Shown: piece after piece, positions 50,576 through 62,956 of the stretch
How the letters are laid out: every line of letters starts with the position of its first letter
How positions within the stretch are numbered: position 1 is the stretch's first letter
NCBI GenBank assembly: GCA_964188305.1
Contig: OZ076901.1
Direction: 5' to 3' (one strand)
DNA: 64,000 nucleotides
Origin: Podarcis bocagei
Lineage: Eukaryota
Made by a program: the position numbers and the translations under genes
The notes under the pieces: generated by a model
What the model was told of the DNA's origin: nothing
The model's input: the letters and a program-made list of their open reading frames with translations, nothing else
The model's database searches: none

Positions 50576-51859
50576 GTGCCTTTTACATCCCTAAAGGAGT
50601 TGTGAGAATTGCCCCACATTCCAGCCTTGTTACCCAGCTCCACAATTTGCCTTGAAAGGGGCTGCCTGCCTCATCCCCTATGCAAATTACATAGCTTTGT
50701 GCAAATCTGATTAAAAGCACTTCCCTTTCCAAATGTCAGAATGCCCCCCCTTTTAATACAGAATTCCTGAATTCCTGAATCTTGGAATGGGGATATTTGG
50801 AGATCATGGATGAAACAGGATGGATGGATGGATGGATGCATAGATGAAACAGCACCCCATGTCTCTTCCTAGAAGGGGTGCCCTAACTGGGATTTTCACT
50901 GGTTGTTTGACAGCCTTCTCAATTCATTAAATCAGCCTCCGTCTCTGCAAAACTTGAGCAAGATGGCTGACGGCCAGGGAATGCTGTAGCTCTCATCTTA
51001 TCAGAGCCACAACATACCACTGAGATTCAGAGGGTATTTTTAGACAGCTGGGAAAAGCTGGGGGAATTACTTGCTTTTGATCCTTGTTGAACTGGAAAGA
51101 CACCAATAAATGTCAGGAAAACTGCTATAGCACTTGCTCCTCTACTTTGCTTGCATATTTTGTTCACGGGACTGGATTAATCTTTATTCCAAGTGTACCA
51201 CGGAGTGTATGTGTGAGAGCGTTTTTTAAACAATCAAATGGGACTTCTGCTGCAGCAGGATCTTCAATAAACACCTTTCTTTTGAGGTAGCATTTGTCCT
51301 AATCCCTGTTTCAGGTTTCTGCCATGTTTCAGACTCCGGTAGCTTCCTTGTAGCACTCACTGCAGAGGCGGGGGACATCCGCAGTCCATTTTGTGGGGAT
51401 TTAGAAATGCTGGTATCCCACTGGGCTGAGTGAAAACACTAGGTGCTTTAGAGCTACACAACAGGAGGAAAGTGGACAGTTTCCGTGTCTGAGGCTTTTT
51501 AGACCAGGATGTGTCCCAATACTAAAACCCAATTGGGGTCATGAAATGAAGCTCAGATGATGGGAGACCAGAGGACCTTCCCATCCTCTAGTCTGGGGCA
51601 TCAATTTCCTTTATGCCATGGAAGCATTTTCACATAAGTGTGTTGTCTGAGGCCTCTTTGTCTGCTTTCAGGAAGGGAAGGCCATTTTCATCATTCAGGG
51701 CCAGCCAGCCACTTAAGCCTTGTGGCCCTGCTGCATATTACACTGGCAGCCCCTTCCTGCAGCTTCCGCTGTCTTTTCAACGAGGCTCACAAAGTGGGAT
51801 TGCAGGAAAGAGAAGCTCTCGCCTCTGTGGATCCACATGCTTAGGCAAGTCACAGCTGT

Positions 51860-52570
51860 CTCATAGAAACATGGAACTGTCGAGTTGGAAGGGGCACCCA
51901 AGGGCCACCTAGTCCAATCCCCCTGCAGTGTGGAATTCACAACTAAGGAATCCCTGGCAGGTGGCCATTCAGCCTCTGCTTAAAAAGCTCAATGGAAGGA
52001 GAGTCCACTGTTTGGTGGAGAAGGCACTGCTGCTGCAACAGGCCATCCTGTGAGAAAACAAAGGTCACAACATCCCAAACAGGTGTCTGTCTGCCTGCCT
52101 CTGCTTGAACAGTCCCAGGGAGGAAGAGCTCACCCACCACAACCTAAATACAGTGGTACCTTGGGTTACAGACGCTTCAGGTTACAGACTCCGCTAACCC
52201 AGAAATAGTACCTCACAGCAGCAGTGCGGCAGCAGCGGGAGGCCCCATTAGCTAAAGTGGTACCTCAGGTTAAGAACAGTTTCAGGTTAAGAACAGACCT
52301 CTGGAACGAATTAAGTACTTAACCCGAGGTACCACTGTAACTAGAACTCATCATCAAGAGTTCCATGTCAAACTGTGATTTGCCCATGAGATTTAGTCCT
52401 GCCCTCTAGGGGGCAGCAGAGAACCAAGCCATGCCCTTTCCCACACAGCAGTCCTTTGGGTCGGTTGTGGCCCCACTAAAACTTCCCCGGCTGAAAATGT
52501 CCATCTTTCTTCCTAAGACTTGTTTTCCATTCTGCTGACCATCTTTGTTATGCTCCTCTGACCTGTTCCG
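51860..52570 (-). mobile_element. Degraded CR1 3' remnant interrupted by a MITE
   Basis: Reversed CR1 tail (gagttggaagggg...agtccaatccccctgca) and gtcctgccctct...gcagcagagaac segment. Confidence 0.65.
52151..52337. mobile_element. Tc1/mariner (Tigger-like) MITE with TA TSD
   Basis: TA|CAGTGGTACCTTGGGTTA ... TAACCCGAGGTACCACTG|TA. Confidence 0.92.
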
Positions 52571-52839
52571 ATTTTTCTCACGAGTACTCTGGCTTGATTC
52601 AGAATGATGAAATCAGTAAGTGTGCTGCTGGGACATTTCTTTGGGGTGAGGCACATTGGGCAGCCAATTGTTGCTGGATGTTGCTTGGACTGCAATTCCC
52701 ATCAGTGAGAAAGGATGGGAGTTGTAGTCTCATACCATCTGGAGGGCTAACAGTTATGCAAGCCGATCCTGCTTACAAGATTTCCGACCACCTACAGAGA
52801 GCGATGGGTTTGGCAGAGGTGCCGCTGAAAACACCTCCT

Positions 52840-52975
52840 GTTTAAAGTTTGGTTCTGATGCCAAGGTTGCAGCTTTGATCACCATGTGGAACAATTGTAT
52901 ATTCCTTCATTGCAGGGGGTTGGACTAGATGACCCTCAGGGCCCCTTCTTCCAACTCTACAATTCTATGATTCTC
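52840..52975 (+). mobile_element. POM/Squam2-type SINE (degraded)
   Basis: tgccaaggttgcag...cattgcagggggttggactagatgaccctcagg...ttccaactctacaattctatgattct. Confidence 0.75.
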
Positions 52976-54648
52976 TTGTGCTGGTGTCGTCCTACTTTAC
53001 ACCACTCTTGAATCGTGTGGGTTTTGTTTTGTGCAAGTCATAATCGGATGGGCTCCGCGTTGCAGTCATGGCAATCCAACCTTGGTTCCTTTCATGCTGA
53101 AAACAAGAGCAGCCGCAATTGTGCCTGTCAAAAAGGATTGCCCCAAATTTGCTATTCAGTATTAGAGACAAACCAGCCCTTGGTGATCTGAGCTTTTCTG
53201 CTGTCCGGGCTGCTGTTTTTCTGGTCTGGCTAAGGAGACCCAGATCAGAGCCTGGAGCCAGAAAGGCTTTCCATTTTCACTTCTCCGGGAGAAACTGCCG
53301 AAACTACCTGAGAAGACCTGTAAAAGAGATTGAGCTGTTGGAATTGTGTTATCAATGCAGCAGGATGTGGAAGTCTGGCTGCTGACACATAAAAGCATTG
53401 CGGGGAGGTGGGGAGAATAAAACCTGACTTGAAGCTGATTCTCTAGCGAATCAGTGAATGAAGAGGGAAGGCAAAGTGAATTAAGGGGAAGGGACAATGG
53501 CTGCGAGTGATCAGGCAGTGCTTCACAACATGTCCACTGTCTGCCTGGCTTATGTGAAAGCTGCAGAACTGAAGGGGATGGTTTTATACGCAACTCATCT
53601 CCCGCAAATCCCACCTGCGCATGATAGGATTTCAGGAACCTGTTGTGGTGAAAGGCAACAGCTGCAGAATACCTCAAAGGAGACATTTGCAAAAAGGAGA
53701 TTTTTGTGACAATGCCTGTCAAGATGGAATACATCAAGATGCAGAGATGTACTCTGGTACCCAAGTGGTGTCGAATGGGCTGTGGCCAACCTGCGTCTTG
53801 TGTCATCCTGAGCAAAGCTGCTCAGGGATTGGTACTGCTGAGGCCACAAAGCAAAGCATGATGCCACTACATACATCCACACCCCCTTGTACCCAGTTGC
53901 AGAAGAAATTTGCAAATATAGATTTCTCCAGCCAAGCTCTAAATCCAGAACTAAGACTGGCATTGGGGTGTTGGCTTCAAGGGCAAATATTTGGGTGGGG
54001 GACTGGGCATGAGCACCTGCCTGGCTTACACCCCTTGCAAATCCACCCCTTCAAATGTTTCCTGCAAATAGATGTTTGGGGACCCGCCACTCCTGAGGTT
54101 ACATACAGCTGCCTCCTTCAGAGGCAATGTTTTATATAAGGCATCCCTGGTACATTGTGAGCGATAAATCTGTATAAATGCTTTGCTGTTTGCTATGAGG
54201 TCATCCCAGCTGCCACTTCCATAAGCTGAGCTGGTGCAAAGTTAGCAGCATGGAAAATGAAGTCAAAAGGCCTGAACTGCAGGCAGTTAAGAGAGCTGCC
54301 TGGTCGTTTTGCATCGGAACAAGATGACTGATGCGTTCAGCAGGTTTTGCCCCTTTCAGCTCTTGCAATTTCCCTCCACTTACCCATTGAGATGCTTGCG
54401 AGGAGATTTGCTGACCCGCTTTTGACAAATTGCTCATGAGCAATGAATTATACAAGCCACATTAGAGGGGAGTCACCAAGATGCGATGCAAACGCTGAAC
54501 GTCCTTAAGATTGGCCCAGAAGTTGATCATAAGGCAAGAGCCGAACTCAGTGAGAAGCTAGCCATGGGCAAAAGTGTTTGCTTGTGCAAGGCAATGCAAA
54601 AAAAGTTCTCTTTTGTGCTGTTAAATTTGCACGGATCTCTTCACACGT

Positions 54649-55033
54649 GGGATGCGGGTGGTGCTGTGGGTTAAACCACAGAGCCTAGGACTTGCCGATC
54701 AGAAGGTCGGCTGTTCGAATCACCACGATGGGGTGAGCTCCTGTTGCTCGGTCCCTGCTCCTGCCAACCTAGCAGTTCGAAAGCACGTCAAAGTGCAAGT
54801 ACGGTAGATAAATAGGTACCGCTCCAGCGGGAAGGTAAACGGCATTTCCATGCGCTTCTCTGGTTCACCAGAAGCGGCTTAGTCATGCTGGCCACATGAC
54901 CCGGAAGCTGTATGCCGGCTCCCTCGGCCAATAAAGCGAGATGACCCCAGAGTCGGTCATGACTGGACCTAACAGTCAGGGGTTCCTTTACCTTTACCTT
55001 TACCTTTACCTGTACCTTTACCTTTACCTTTAC
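54649..55033 (+). mobile_element. Sauria SINE, full length, long (ACCTTT)n tail and TSD
   Basis: GGGATGCGGGTGGTGCTGTGGGTTAAACC...; (TTTACC) about 8 times; TSD CTTCACACGT / CTTCACATGT. Confidence 0.95.
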
Positions 55034-55710
55034 CTTCACATGTGCAGTTCCTCTCGCTCCACGTTGCTGTCATTAAGCGACGGGCCAGCTCCAAGCTTGT
55101 ATTTAAGACCATGCTGGCAGAGCTTAGATCCCACTGATTTCGACAAATCTTTTAATCGTTACTCAAAGCACTGCCTTAAATTAGGCACTTGAGTGGGCAA
55201 AAAGCCTTCTTAATCTGGTTTCTGGTGGGGAAGCTGTCATTAGCATGAGCCAAAAAATGTGCTTTTTGCACAGTCCTTGCCAATACCTGCTTAGATTGTA
55301 ACCGTGCAGGCAGCTGGATCCTTGGCATTTTCCACAATGCAAATTCCAAATACTGTAATCTGCTTGGCTCAGGAGCCAGGGTTCCTCACCGTTGGTTGCA
55401 AGTCTGTGCCTGGCACAACCTGCATCTCTGTGTTTTGAGGAGAGTTACAAAACAACTCCTGATCTGCAGAAATGATGCAAATCTTTTGGAAATGTTAGCT
55501 ACATTAAAAGGAAGTTTTAAGTTTGGAGCCTGTGGTGGTTCATTAAAAAATGGGTGGAGGAATGGAGTTTGTAGGCCCTCTGAGATTTAACATTTTTATA
55601 AGAGCATTTGCAGACCATAGACTAGTCCGTTTCAGCATGCAGAGAAGTGAAGAGCAGCACAGAAGGAGAGTTAGTTGGTTCTTAAAAGGAGACCTTGGTG
55701 GGATCTTCAA

Positions 55711-55862
55711 CTTAGCTCAGTTGGTTAGAGCATGATGCTGAAAATTCCAGGGTTGCAGGTTTGATCCCCTTATGGGATGGGACAACTATGTATTTCTGCA
55801 TTGCATGGGGTTTGACTAAATGATCCTCAGGGCCCCTTCCAATGGTACAATTCTTTAATTCT
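55711..55862 (+). mobile_element. POM/Squam2-type SINE
   Basis: A-box TAGCTCAGTTGGTTAGAGC, B-box GGTTTGATCCC, CR1-like tail. Confidence 0.82.
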
Positions 55863-56217
55863 TTCCATCAGGTTTTATTATAAGAGAGGATTCCACAATC
55901 CCTGTTGAGAGAGCTTGCTTCAAGCAATTAAACATTACAAAGATTTAATTGGATGAATCAGTGTCCCTCGGCAGGCACTACAGATTCCTTTCTCATGAAA
56001 AATCCTGGGAGAAGAAATTATGGCCTGTCACAAAGATTCTACTGAGACGTTTCCTTCTGAAACTCAAACAACCGCCCTTTCTAATAATGCTCACTTTCCA
56101 TTCCAGTGTTGGCAGGAGAAAGTTTGTAGGCTAGCCTAGAAGAAGAGATGAAGATATTGGGGTTCGGCTGGGAAAGGGAGGATTGTTATGGAGTCAATAG
56201 ACAAAATAGGAAGTTAT

Positions 56218-56600
56218 TCATAGAATTGTAGAGTTAGAAGGGACCCTGAGGGTTATCTAGTCCAACCCCCTGCAATGCAGGAATCACAACTAAACCTCTG
56301 CTTAAAGACCTTCAAAGAAGGAGAGTCCACCACCTCCTGAGGGAGTCCGCTGAACTGCTCTTACTGTCAGAAAGTTCTTCCTGATGTTTAGTCAGAATCT
56401 CCTTATCATTTGAATCCATTGGTTTGGGTCCTCCCCTCTGGAGCAGCAGAGAAGAAGATGGCTCCATCTTCCACGCTACAGCTCTTTAGATATTTGAAGG
56501 TGGTTATCATATCCCCTCTCTGTCTGTTTTCCAGGCTAAAAATAGCCAACGCCCTCCACTGTTCCTCATAAGACTTCCTTTCCAGACCCTTTACTACAGT
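56218..56600 (-). mobile_element. CR1 LINE 3' remnant
   Basis: Minus-strand ORF VKGLERKSYEEQWRALAIFSLENRQRGDMITTFKYLK...FSAAPEGRT resembles CR1 ORF2; reversed CR1 tail at 56218-56285. Confidence 0.88.
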
Positions 56601-57748
56601 AACCAAGTCTTCTCTCTCTCTCCCCCACCCCTTGATGGCATCATTCCTGTGCCAGGTTTCTAAGAATGCCATCCCATGTGGGGCAGAAGGGATGAAGGCC
56701 ATTCATCTGCCCCATCCAATTCTCTGCTAGGCTCTTTGCCAGCTGGGTGAAAGCAAGGGTAGAAGAGATCTCTCCTGCTCCTCCATCCTGCTCTGTTCTG
56801 GTACAGTTTTGGTACAGTTTTATCTCCAGATGAGATCAATGGGAAGGAAATTAACTACACCAGCTCCAGGGGTGTGCAGGCACCTTGGAGGACTGGAAGG
56901 GTATCAGATCTTGGTGTGCACATGCACAGACATTTCATCCCTGCGAAGAACTCCAGTATTGGAAGGCCAAAGACCACAGAAGTTTCTGAAGTGGCAGAGA
57001 AGGGGGATCTGACTTAGGATAACCATCTCCAGGGCCAGCACTCTCTTCTTCTGCCCACTGAGGAGGAGGCCTATGGCTTCTGATGGGGACATAGGGTTTT
57101 TCCTGGGTGCCTGTTGCTTATGACCAAACCATGAAGAAGACTCTTTCTAGCCTTTTCCTCCCTGTTGGGATTGAGATGGTTCTGTGATTTCCATATTGGC
57201 CTGAGGCCGTAACAGAACAAAATGGATAAAGCTCCTATCTTACAAATTGATGCCATGGGGAAAGGTTAGCTCAACCCAAGTTACTTATCATGGCAGGAAT
57301 TTGCCGTATGAGGATTCAATCAGAGCAGCGTGAGATTTAGATGAAGCTCGTGCATATGCTGCTGTCTTGAGTAATACTTCTTGACATCTGTTAGCTAACA
57401 AAAAGTCTATCCCCCCCCCTTTTTTTTAAAGTACTGGCCAGTTTTCCTTACCCAACAGCAGCTGAGGAATAAATTTGTTTTGGGCTGATAACATGGTGGG
57501 ACATGTAAAAAAATAATGATGTATAAAATCCTCCATTTTTCCTGGGACACCAAAAACATGAATGGCTATGAGGCATCTTTTTCAAAACAGCTGTTAGCAT
57601 CACTTTAAGGTATCATTAGGAAAGGAAAGGAAAATGAAATTGCCAATATCATTATGCATGTTCCCTCTTTAAAGGGGGGGGGGGAAGAAAAAACCCCAGC
57701 AGCTACACAATGCCAAATGTGAGCCAGGGTGGCAACGTGGTTGGAGTT

Positions 57749-57859
57749 GGGACGTGGGTGGCGCTGTGGTCTAAACCACTGAGCCCTTTGGGCTTGCCAA
57801 TCGGAAGGTTGGTGGTTCGAATCTGCATGATGGGGTGAGCTCCCGTTCCTCTGTCCCAG
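57749..57859 (+). mobile_element. Sauria SINE 5' (tRNA-related) head only
   Basis: GGGACGTGGGTGGCGCTGTGGTCTAAACCACTGAGCC...GGTTCGAATC...GAGCTCCCGTT; stops at ctgtcccag. Confidence 0.88.
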
Positions 57860-58959
57860 TTGGTTTCCAGGTGGAAAAATCAAAATTGGAAACAGAATTG
57901 TTAGATCCAAAAATCAAGAATTTGTCAAGAATGTATAACTTGCTGTTGAAATGGAACACTCAGGATGAAACGGTGAAATCAGCTATGATTAAATAGGCAC
58001 AAGATGTTGGACATAACATAATGATGGCTGACTGGGAACAGTTATGGACCACAGGTATGAAATTTATGGCATGTAATGCCCTAAGAGAAAATTTAATGAA
58101 AATGATTTATAGGTGGTACATGACACCAGTCAAGCTTGAAAAAATTTACCATCTGCCCAACAATAAATGTTGGAAATGTAATGAGACTGAAGGTACATTC
58201 TTTCACCTTTGGTGGACATGCCCAAGGATTAAGACATTCTGGGAGATGATTTATAACGAAATGAAAAAGGTATTCAAATATACCTTCCTGAAGAAACCAG
58301 AGGCCTTTCTCCTGGGCATGGTCGGCCAATTGGTGCTAAAGAAGGATAGAACTTTTTTTATGTATGCAACAACAGCAGCAAGAATACTCATCGCGAAGTA
58401 TTGGAAGACACAAGATTTACCCACCAGGGAAGAATGGCAGATGAAGTTGATGGACTATATGGAACTGGCGGAAATGACTGGCAGAATCCGAGACCAGGGA
58501 GAAGAGTCGGTGGAAGAAGACTGGAAAAAGTTTAAAGACTATTTACAGAAACACTGTAAAATTAATGAATGTTAGAAGAATGTTGGAATGAAGTTATATG
58601 ACTTTAGTAGAAATGTTATAAGGAATTAAGTATAAATAGATTAATAGAATATTAAAGGAAAAATAAGGTTAGAATGTGTTAAGAAAATTATAGGATAGAA
58701 AACAGAGGAAGATGGAAAGGAATTACTGAAACAACTAATAGAAGTGGAAAACAAAAAGGGAGGTGTGAGGAGGTCATGGAAATAAGTGAATGAAAGATAA
58801 GATACTGAAATTGTTTGATGTGTTTTAAACTGTTTTTGTTTGGCTATGTTAGTTTAATGTGTCAGTGTTATGTAGTGTTTTTGTATTGTATTGTATTGTT
58901 CTTTTTTGTAGTGTTGTGTTTAAATTGTTGGAAAAGTAATAAATATTATTTAAAAAAAA
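57860..58959 (+). mobile_element. L1 LINE 3' end (ORF2 C-terminal Cys-rich domain, 3'UTR, polyA)
   Basis: ORF 58021..58575 with CWKCNETEGTFFHLWWTCP (CCHC) and AARILIAKYWK; the frame extends upstream through one TAG; GT-rich 3'UTR, AATAAA at 58938 and an A tail. Confidence 0.93.
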
Positions 58960-59200
58960 TAGAAAGCATGTGTTCGAGAGGTTTTGCATTCATCCTACCT
59001 CTTACCTCGGAAAACTCACTGTTTATTGCTGAATTGGAATGTGTAAATCTGCAGGAAATCTGATGGATGTTTGTGGGTTTTCTTGGGGAAAGCTGTGGCA
59101 AATGCAGACGTGTAGACGAACCCAAAGACTGCAGTCCTGTACACACCTAACCTAGTCACAAGTCCCATGACACTCAAGGGGGCTGACATTGTGTAGACAT

Positions 59201-59609
59201 TAGGGATGGAGATTTCCCACTCAGATTGCATTTAAAGCCAGATCTGGCATCTTCTGAAACAAAATGCGAACCGAAACAGAACTGTTGTTCAAAATGTGCA
59301 TTTATCTGAATTTTGCAATGCACTTCTCCAACCAAACAGTGTTCACCAAAAGAAAATCCATATATTAGGGGTGGGTGCACATGAAAATCAATACATTTGC
59401 GAAAATACAAGTATGCATTTATCTTAGCGGGAAATTGCTTGCAAAAATAGGTGCATAAGTCATACTTGCGTATCAAAACCTGATTATTATGAGAAATTTG
59501 CACTAAAATGCTGGTGAATTTTCATGAGGATTTTTTTTTTTTATGCTGCAAAACATGAAGATTGGAAAAATGAGATATGGAAAGAGCTGTAATTGGCAGC
59601 TGCTCCTAG
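59201..59609. mobile_element. Old non-autonomous DNA element (TAGGGATG...CCTA termini, hAT-Ac-like); partial second copy at about 60600-60759
   Basis: Shared block tttgcactaaaa..ctggtga.ttttcatgagga at about 59500 and 60640; termini degenerate. Confidence 0.5.
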
Positions 59610-61261
59610 GGGACATGCAGAGGGTTGCACTGTTAGCCTCCCTGTTTTATGACTAATTCACTGCTACTGGTGCGAGGTAGTAAAACTTGAGTCAGCACGA
59701 CAATAAAAGGTTCTCAAAACATTTTTGCAACCCAGGAGGACTAATTTATGGAAACAACAACCAGTTCCTCCCACGCCATATACAGCTTAGCAACAAGTGC
59801 GATGGCTGGTGCTGGGCCAGATAATGCCTCTTGTTTCTCTCCTGCCGGAAGCTGACTAAATAAATGGCTGTATTGTGGAAATGAGTGTCTCAGTGCTGCT
59901 TGGTCTGCAATCTCTTCATATCTGAGGCTGAACAATCTCTCTTCGCAGACACAAACAAACACTCCAGTATCACTAAACCAACCACACAGCCCTTTAACCT
60001 TTCTGTGATTCACAGGCTGCTTTTTGGTATGTTCTGCCATGTTCTCCTGATGTTTGTGAGGCCAAGGGCAGATGAGGATGCAATTGGCCCAGATATAATA
60101 TCAGTAAATATTCATGTCAAGGGTATTTTCGGAGCTCAGCATCTAAGAAAGCAGTGAGGTTTGTAAAAAGAGCAAATGTGAACAGTTCCCAGGGCTCTGA
60201 GGTGATTCCCCTTAGTGCCGCCATCTTGCCATTCTCTGCCTTCGAGAGAAACCACCAGCGTCCCTCCTGTTTCACAGTTCTGGCAAATCAAGGCTTCCCT
60301 GTCAGGCTAAGTTAGAATGAAAGTCCCATTAGCTGTACAAAGGAAAATTTCAGGGCTGTCCTCCTTTTCTGCTCCTTCTTTCACAGACTTCTTTGGAAGA
60401 GCAGCCAAGAACGGCTTCTTTGGAAGCAAGGGAGATAAATATCCTTTTAAAGAACGACTCTTGCAAATCAAAGAAAATAACTTCTATCTCTATATGCCAG
60501 AAGTGAAACTTGTATTGTGCTAACACAGTCAGTTATTCCAGATCTGCGGCTCTAGCAGACGTCTTCTCCAGCAGATGGTGAGTTGGGAACCGATGGGGCA
60601 AAAGAACACACAAAAGTGTGTATAATAGGATGAATTTGCACTAAAAGTCTGGTGATTTTTCATGAGGACTTTAAAAAAAGATGACAAAGGGATTCAGAGA
60701 TGGGGGAAATTGAATTTAAGACTGAAAAAAAGAGAGAAATGGATGTTCAGCTCTCCCTAGTCTTGAACAGAAGACCCTAACACTGTTTTGCCTAATGCAA
60801 CCAAATGACTCCAAGATGGATGTGATGCCTCCAGCAAAAAAAAAAAAATAAATTCATAATATTTTCTTGCAATACCAGAACTAGAGATCTCCTCAAAGTA
60901 GTAATCATGACTAATGACACCACGAAGATTCCTGGGATAGTTCAGCTGAAGGCTGATTGGCGCAACCAGCTCTGACATAAAGTCAATACAGGCTGACATT
61001 TTAGGAGATTTATGCATGTTGAACTTGACTTGTGAGTGATTCAACATTAACTGAGGAAAGGCCTCGAAAGAGAGGGGGGCGGGAGAACAGCTTTACTGGG
61101 CTCGTTGCTAGAATTTATTAAAACCAAGCGTAATTCAGGCTGAATGCCACAGCCCCATCACTTTTGAATCCCGAACTGAAGCATTCTCCATCCTGCCGTG
61201 AAATGGTGGGTTGTACTTGTGTGAAAGAACATGACGCATCATGAAGCTTCCTTGTCACGCC

Positions 61262-61493
61262 AGAGCCAGTGTGGTGTAGTGGTTAAGAGCGGTAGACTCG
61301 TAATCTGGGGAACCGGGTTCGCGTCCCCACTCCTCCTCATGCAGCTGCTGGGTGACCTTGGGCCAGTCACACTTCTTTGAAGTCTCTCAGCCCCACTCAC
61401 CTCACAGAGTGTTTGTTGTGGGGGAGGAAGGGAAAGGAGAATGTTAGCCGCTTTGAGACTCCTTAGGGTAGTGATAAAGCAGGATATCAAATC
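61262..61493 (+). mobile_element. Squam3-type SINE, tail lost in the assembly gap
   Basis: AGAGCCAGTGTGGTGTAGTGGTTAAGAGCGG (A-box), GGGTTCGCGTCCCC (B-box), core and L2-like 3' part. Confidence 0.92.
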
Positions 61494-61623
61494 NNNNNNN
61501 NNNNNNNNNNNNNNNNNNNNNNNNNNNNNNNNNNNNNNNNNNNNNNNNNNNNNNNNNNNNNNNNNNNNNNNNNNNNNNNNNNNNNNNNNNNNNNNNNNNN
61601 NNNNNNNNNNNNNNNNNNNNNNN
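61494..61623. other. Assembly gap (130 N)
   Basis: Run of n directly after a SINE whose sibling ends in (CTT)n, so probably an unresolved microsatellite tail. Confidence 0.99.
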
Positions 61624-61709
61624 CTAAGGCAGGAAAGGGCTCCCAGGCTCCTCAACGGGTTGTTGGGCTACAACTCATATGATCCCCAACCATGCTGTCT
61701 GGCGTCCAA

Positions 61710-61857
61710 GCCTGGATAGCTCAGTTGGTTAGAGCGTGGTGTTGATAACGCCATGCTTGCAGGTTCAATTCCCATAGGGGACAGCTGCGTATTCCTGCGC
61801 TTTAGGGGGTTGCACTAGATGCTCCTCGTGGGTCCCTTCCAACTCTATGATTCTATG
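61710..61857 (+). mobile_element. POM/Squam2-type tRNA(Ile-like)-derived SINE with CR1 tail
   Basis: GCCTGGATAGCTCAGTTGGTTAGAGCGTGGTGTTGATAACGCC...GGTTCAATTCCC then ...CCCTTCCAACTCTATGATTCTATG. Confidence 0.88.
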
Positions 61858-62956
61858 TCTAACTTGCTCCAAGATGTTTGAAGTCTCCTGATTAACTATC
61901 TGTGGGCAGACAGAAAAGAAACGGTTCTCGCTTCCGAACAATATTCAGTCGGTTGACTGTATGAGTCTGTTCTCCCAGGAAGACTCCACCGAACGTCATT
62001 CTTGCAAAAAACAACAGCAACAAGGCACCCCTCTGGGTTCCTTTAATGACTATCAAGTATGAAAGAGGGTTATTACTAGTTAAGGATTCGTCTAACGGGG
62101 AAATGCAGGCTGCCTTCTTACTTCTGTTAAAATATATAAAGTTTATAATAGCCTTTAGCGAAAGCATTGCTTTTTGATGGATATTTTAAGGACGTAATCA
62201 AGGGATTACTCACTACCAAAAGCTGTGCTAGAAGGACACATTACACTGAGAATTGTGTCTCTGGGCAAATCTATTATGCCGTCTTTTCCTAGCTGAATCA
62301 CACGCTCCCTGCACATATCATTCATATATAATAGGAAGGGTGATCCCAATGTAAATCAGGTATGGGACTAGCAGAACTGCATTTCTGATGTAAAATCTGG
62401 AGCAAAGATTCGCAGCTGGCTGCAGATTTCACGGCAGATAAAAATTCCAAAGGTCCCTGTACTGTGAGCTTGGGCTTGTTTGTGTCCTTCTCCTAGCAAT
62501 CAGTGGTTACATCCAGAACAAAGTAATAAACCCTCTCATGGGAAGCATTTGGCTTCAAATGGGTGTGAACTAAGGTGGCAGCAAAGTACCACTGTTAGGT
62601 TTTGAATTATAGATGAGAAAGGATAAGATGAAACACAATACCTATAGTTCAAAAAGTAAATGTCTTGATATGGACCAAGAGAACACTTTCATGTTTCAGA
62701 TTTGAATCTCCATTACATCTGGGGTCAGCACTGACACCAAAGACCTGTGTAAAATGTAAGAAGGGGTGGGGGAAATCTGTCAGTTTTATTAGCGTTTCTC
62801 CAAGCACTCACATTTTTGGTTTTGCCCAATATACCCATTTTTAGAAGCAATTTTCATTTTCTGCACACTCTTCCCCAATGGGAACTAGGGGGCATGCTCT
62901 CTGGGGTTCCCTGATAAATTGGCCACACTTAAACCATGATGCAATACAGGGATCAT

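Noticed and set aside
53162-54139. 217-aa (-) and 172-aa (+) ORFs in the downstream region
   Set aside because: No recognisable domain, non-ATG starts, composition typical of chance ORFs.
54988-55033. (TTTACC)n array giving VKVKVK / LYLYLY ORFs; also the short repeats at 15053-15095 and 27095-27175 as possible CRISPR-like arrays
   Set aside because: Sauria SINE tail, MITE subterminal repeats and a simple tandem duplication respectively; no unique spacers, and the DNA is vertebrate.
61710-61783. tRNA-Ile-like sequence (also 55711, 23290)
   Set aside because: Continues into a CR1-like tail and has disrupted stems; these are SINE heads, not tRNA genes.
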